A DNA stretch of 64,000 nt from Callorhinchus milii. Its lineage: Eukaryota. How positions within the stretch are numbered: the stretch's first letter is position 1; each line of letters begins with the position of its first letter. The translations under genes and the position numbers were made by a program. Location: assembly GCF_018977255.1 (NCBI RefSeq), contig NW_024704742.1, positions 24,430,001-24,494,000 of the forward strand, written 5' to 3'. The notes under the pieces are model-generated. The model searched no databases. It had not been told where the DNA came from and saw only the letters and a program-made list of their open reading frames with translations. Positions 63,611 to 64,000 of the stretch are shown here, one piece after another.

Positions 63611-64000
63611 ATCCTGTCCAACAATCCTTCTAGATAAGATTGGGCATTCGCTTCATGGTTGTTTGTGGGACATTGATGTGTGGAAATTGATTGCTGCATT
63701 CCCCCACAAGATACAGTCACTACACTTCAAAGTAATTTCTGTGAAGCAAAGTGAGAAGGTGGTATTTCAACTGGAAGAATTGTCTTATTATGAACCATTT
63801 TATTAATTGTGGATGAGCTTTTTCCCCACCACTAACTGAACATGAGCTTCCCACAATATCTTTACAACAAATTGCATTTACTTAGCACTTTTCACGTCGG
63901 GATTCGTTAAGTATTGGCTTGGAATACAGTGTGCATGGATCCTATTGTTGGGAATTTTTTCAAGTTGTATGAAGACATCTGCTCGGTTTCTGCCTGAGCT

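Overview
Vertebrate genomic DNA, most likely a cartilaginous fish (inferred from the Deu-type tRNA-SINEs, L2 and CR1 repeat complement). The window holds the complete coding region of TRIM2 on the + strand: 11 coding exons at 20986-52225, all GT-AG with consistent phases, giving 747 aa (RING, B-box, coiled coil, filamin, NHL repeats). A ~2.1 kb TE-free 3'UTR follows, and candidate non-coding first exons lie upstream. Downstream, head-to-tail, is the 5' end of the meiotic gene MND1 (ATG-only exon ending 59702, 66-nt exon 60965-61030), matching mammalian TRIM2-MND1 synteny. Introns and flanks are packed with L2 LINEs (one apparently full-length single-ORF copy at ~4769-8373), partner tRNA-SINEs sharing the L2 3' stem-loop, CR1 tails and several nested insertions. 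Most notable: a Kozak uORF/TAATG stop-start at the L2 5' end; a stop-closed homologue of the mammalian TRIM2 N-terminal extension carrying a tiny uORF; tandem 12-nt donors with RBFOX motifs; an MND1 promoter core at a GC-skew flip next to a GATA minisatellite; and a switch-region-like pentamer array in MND1 intron 2. No prokaryote-type system (CRISPR etc.) is present. Comparisons to human proteins and repeat consensuses are from memory and need database confirmation; TE boundaries are approximate.
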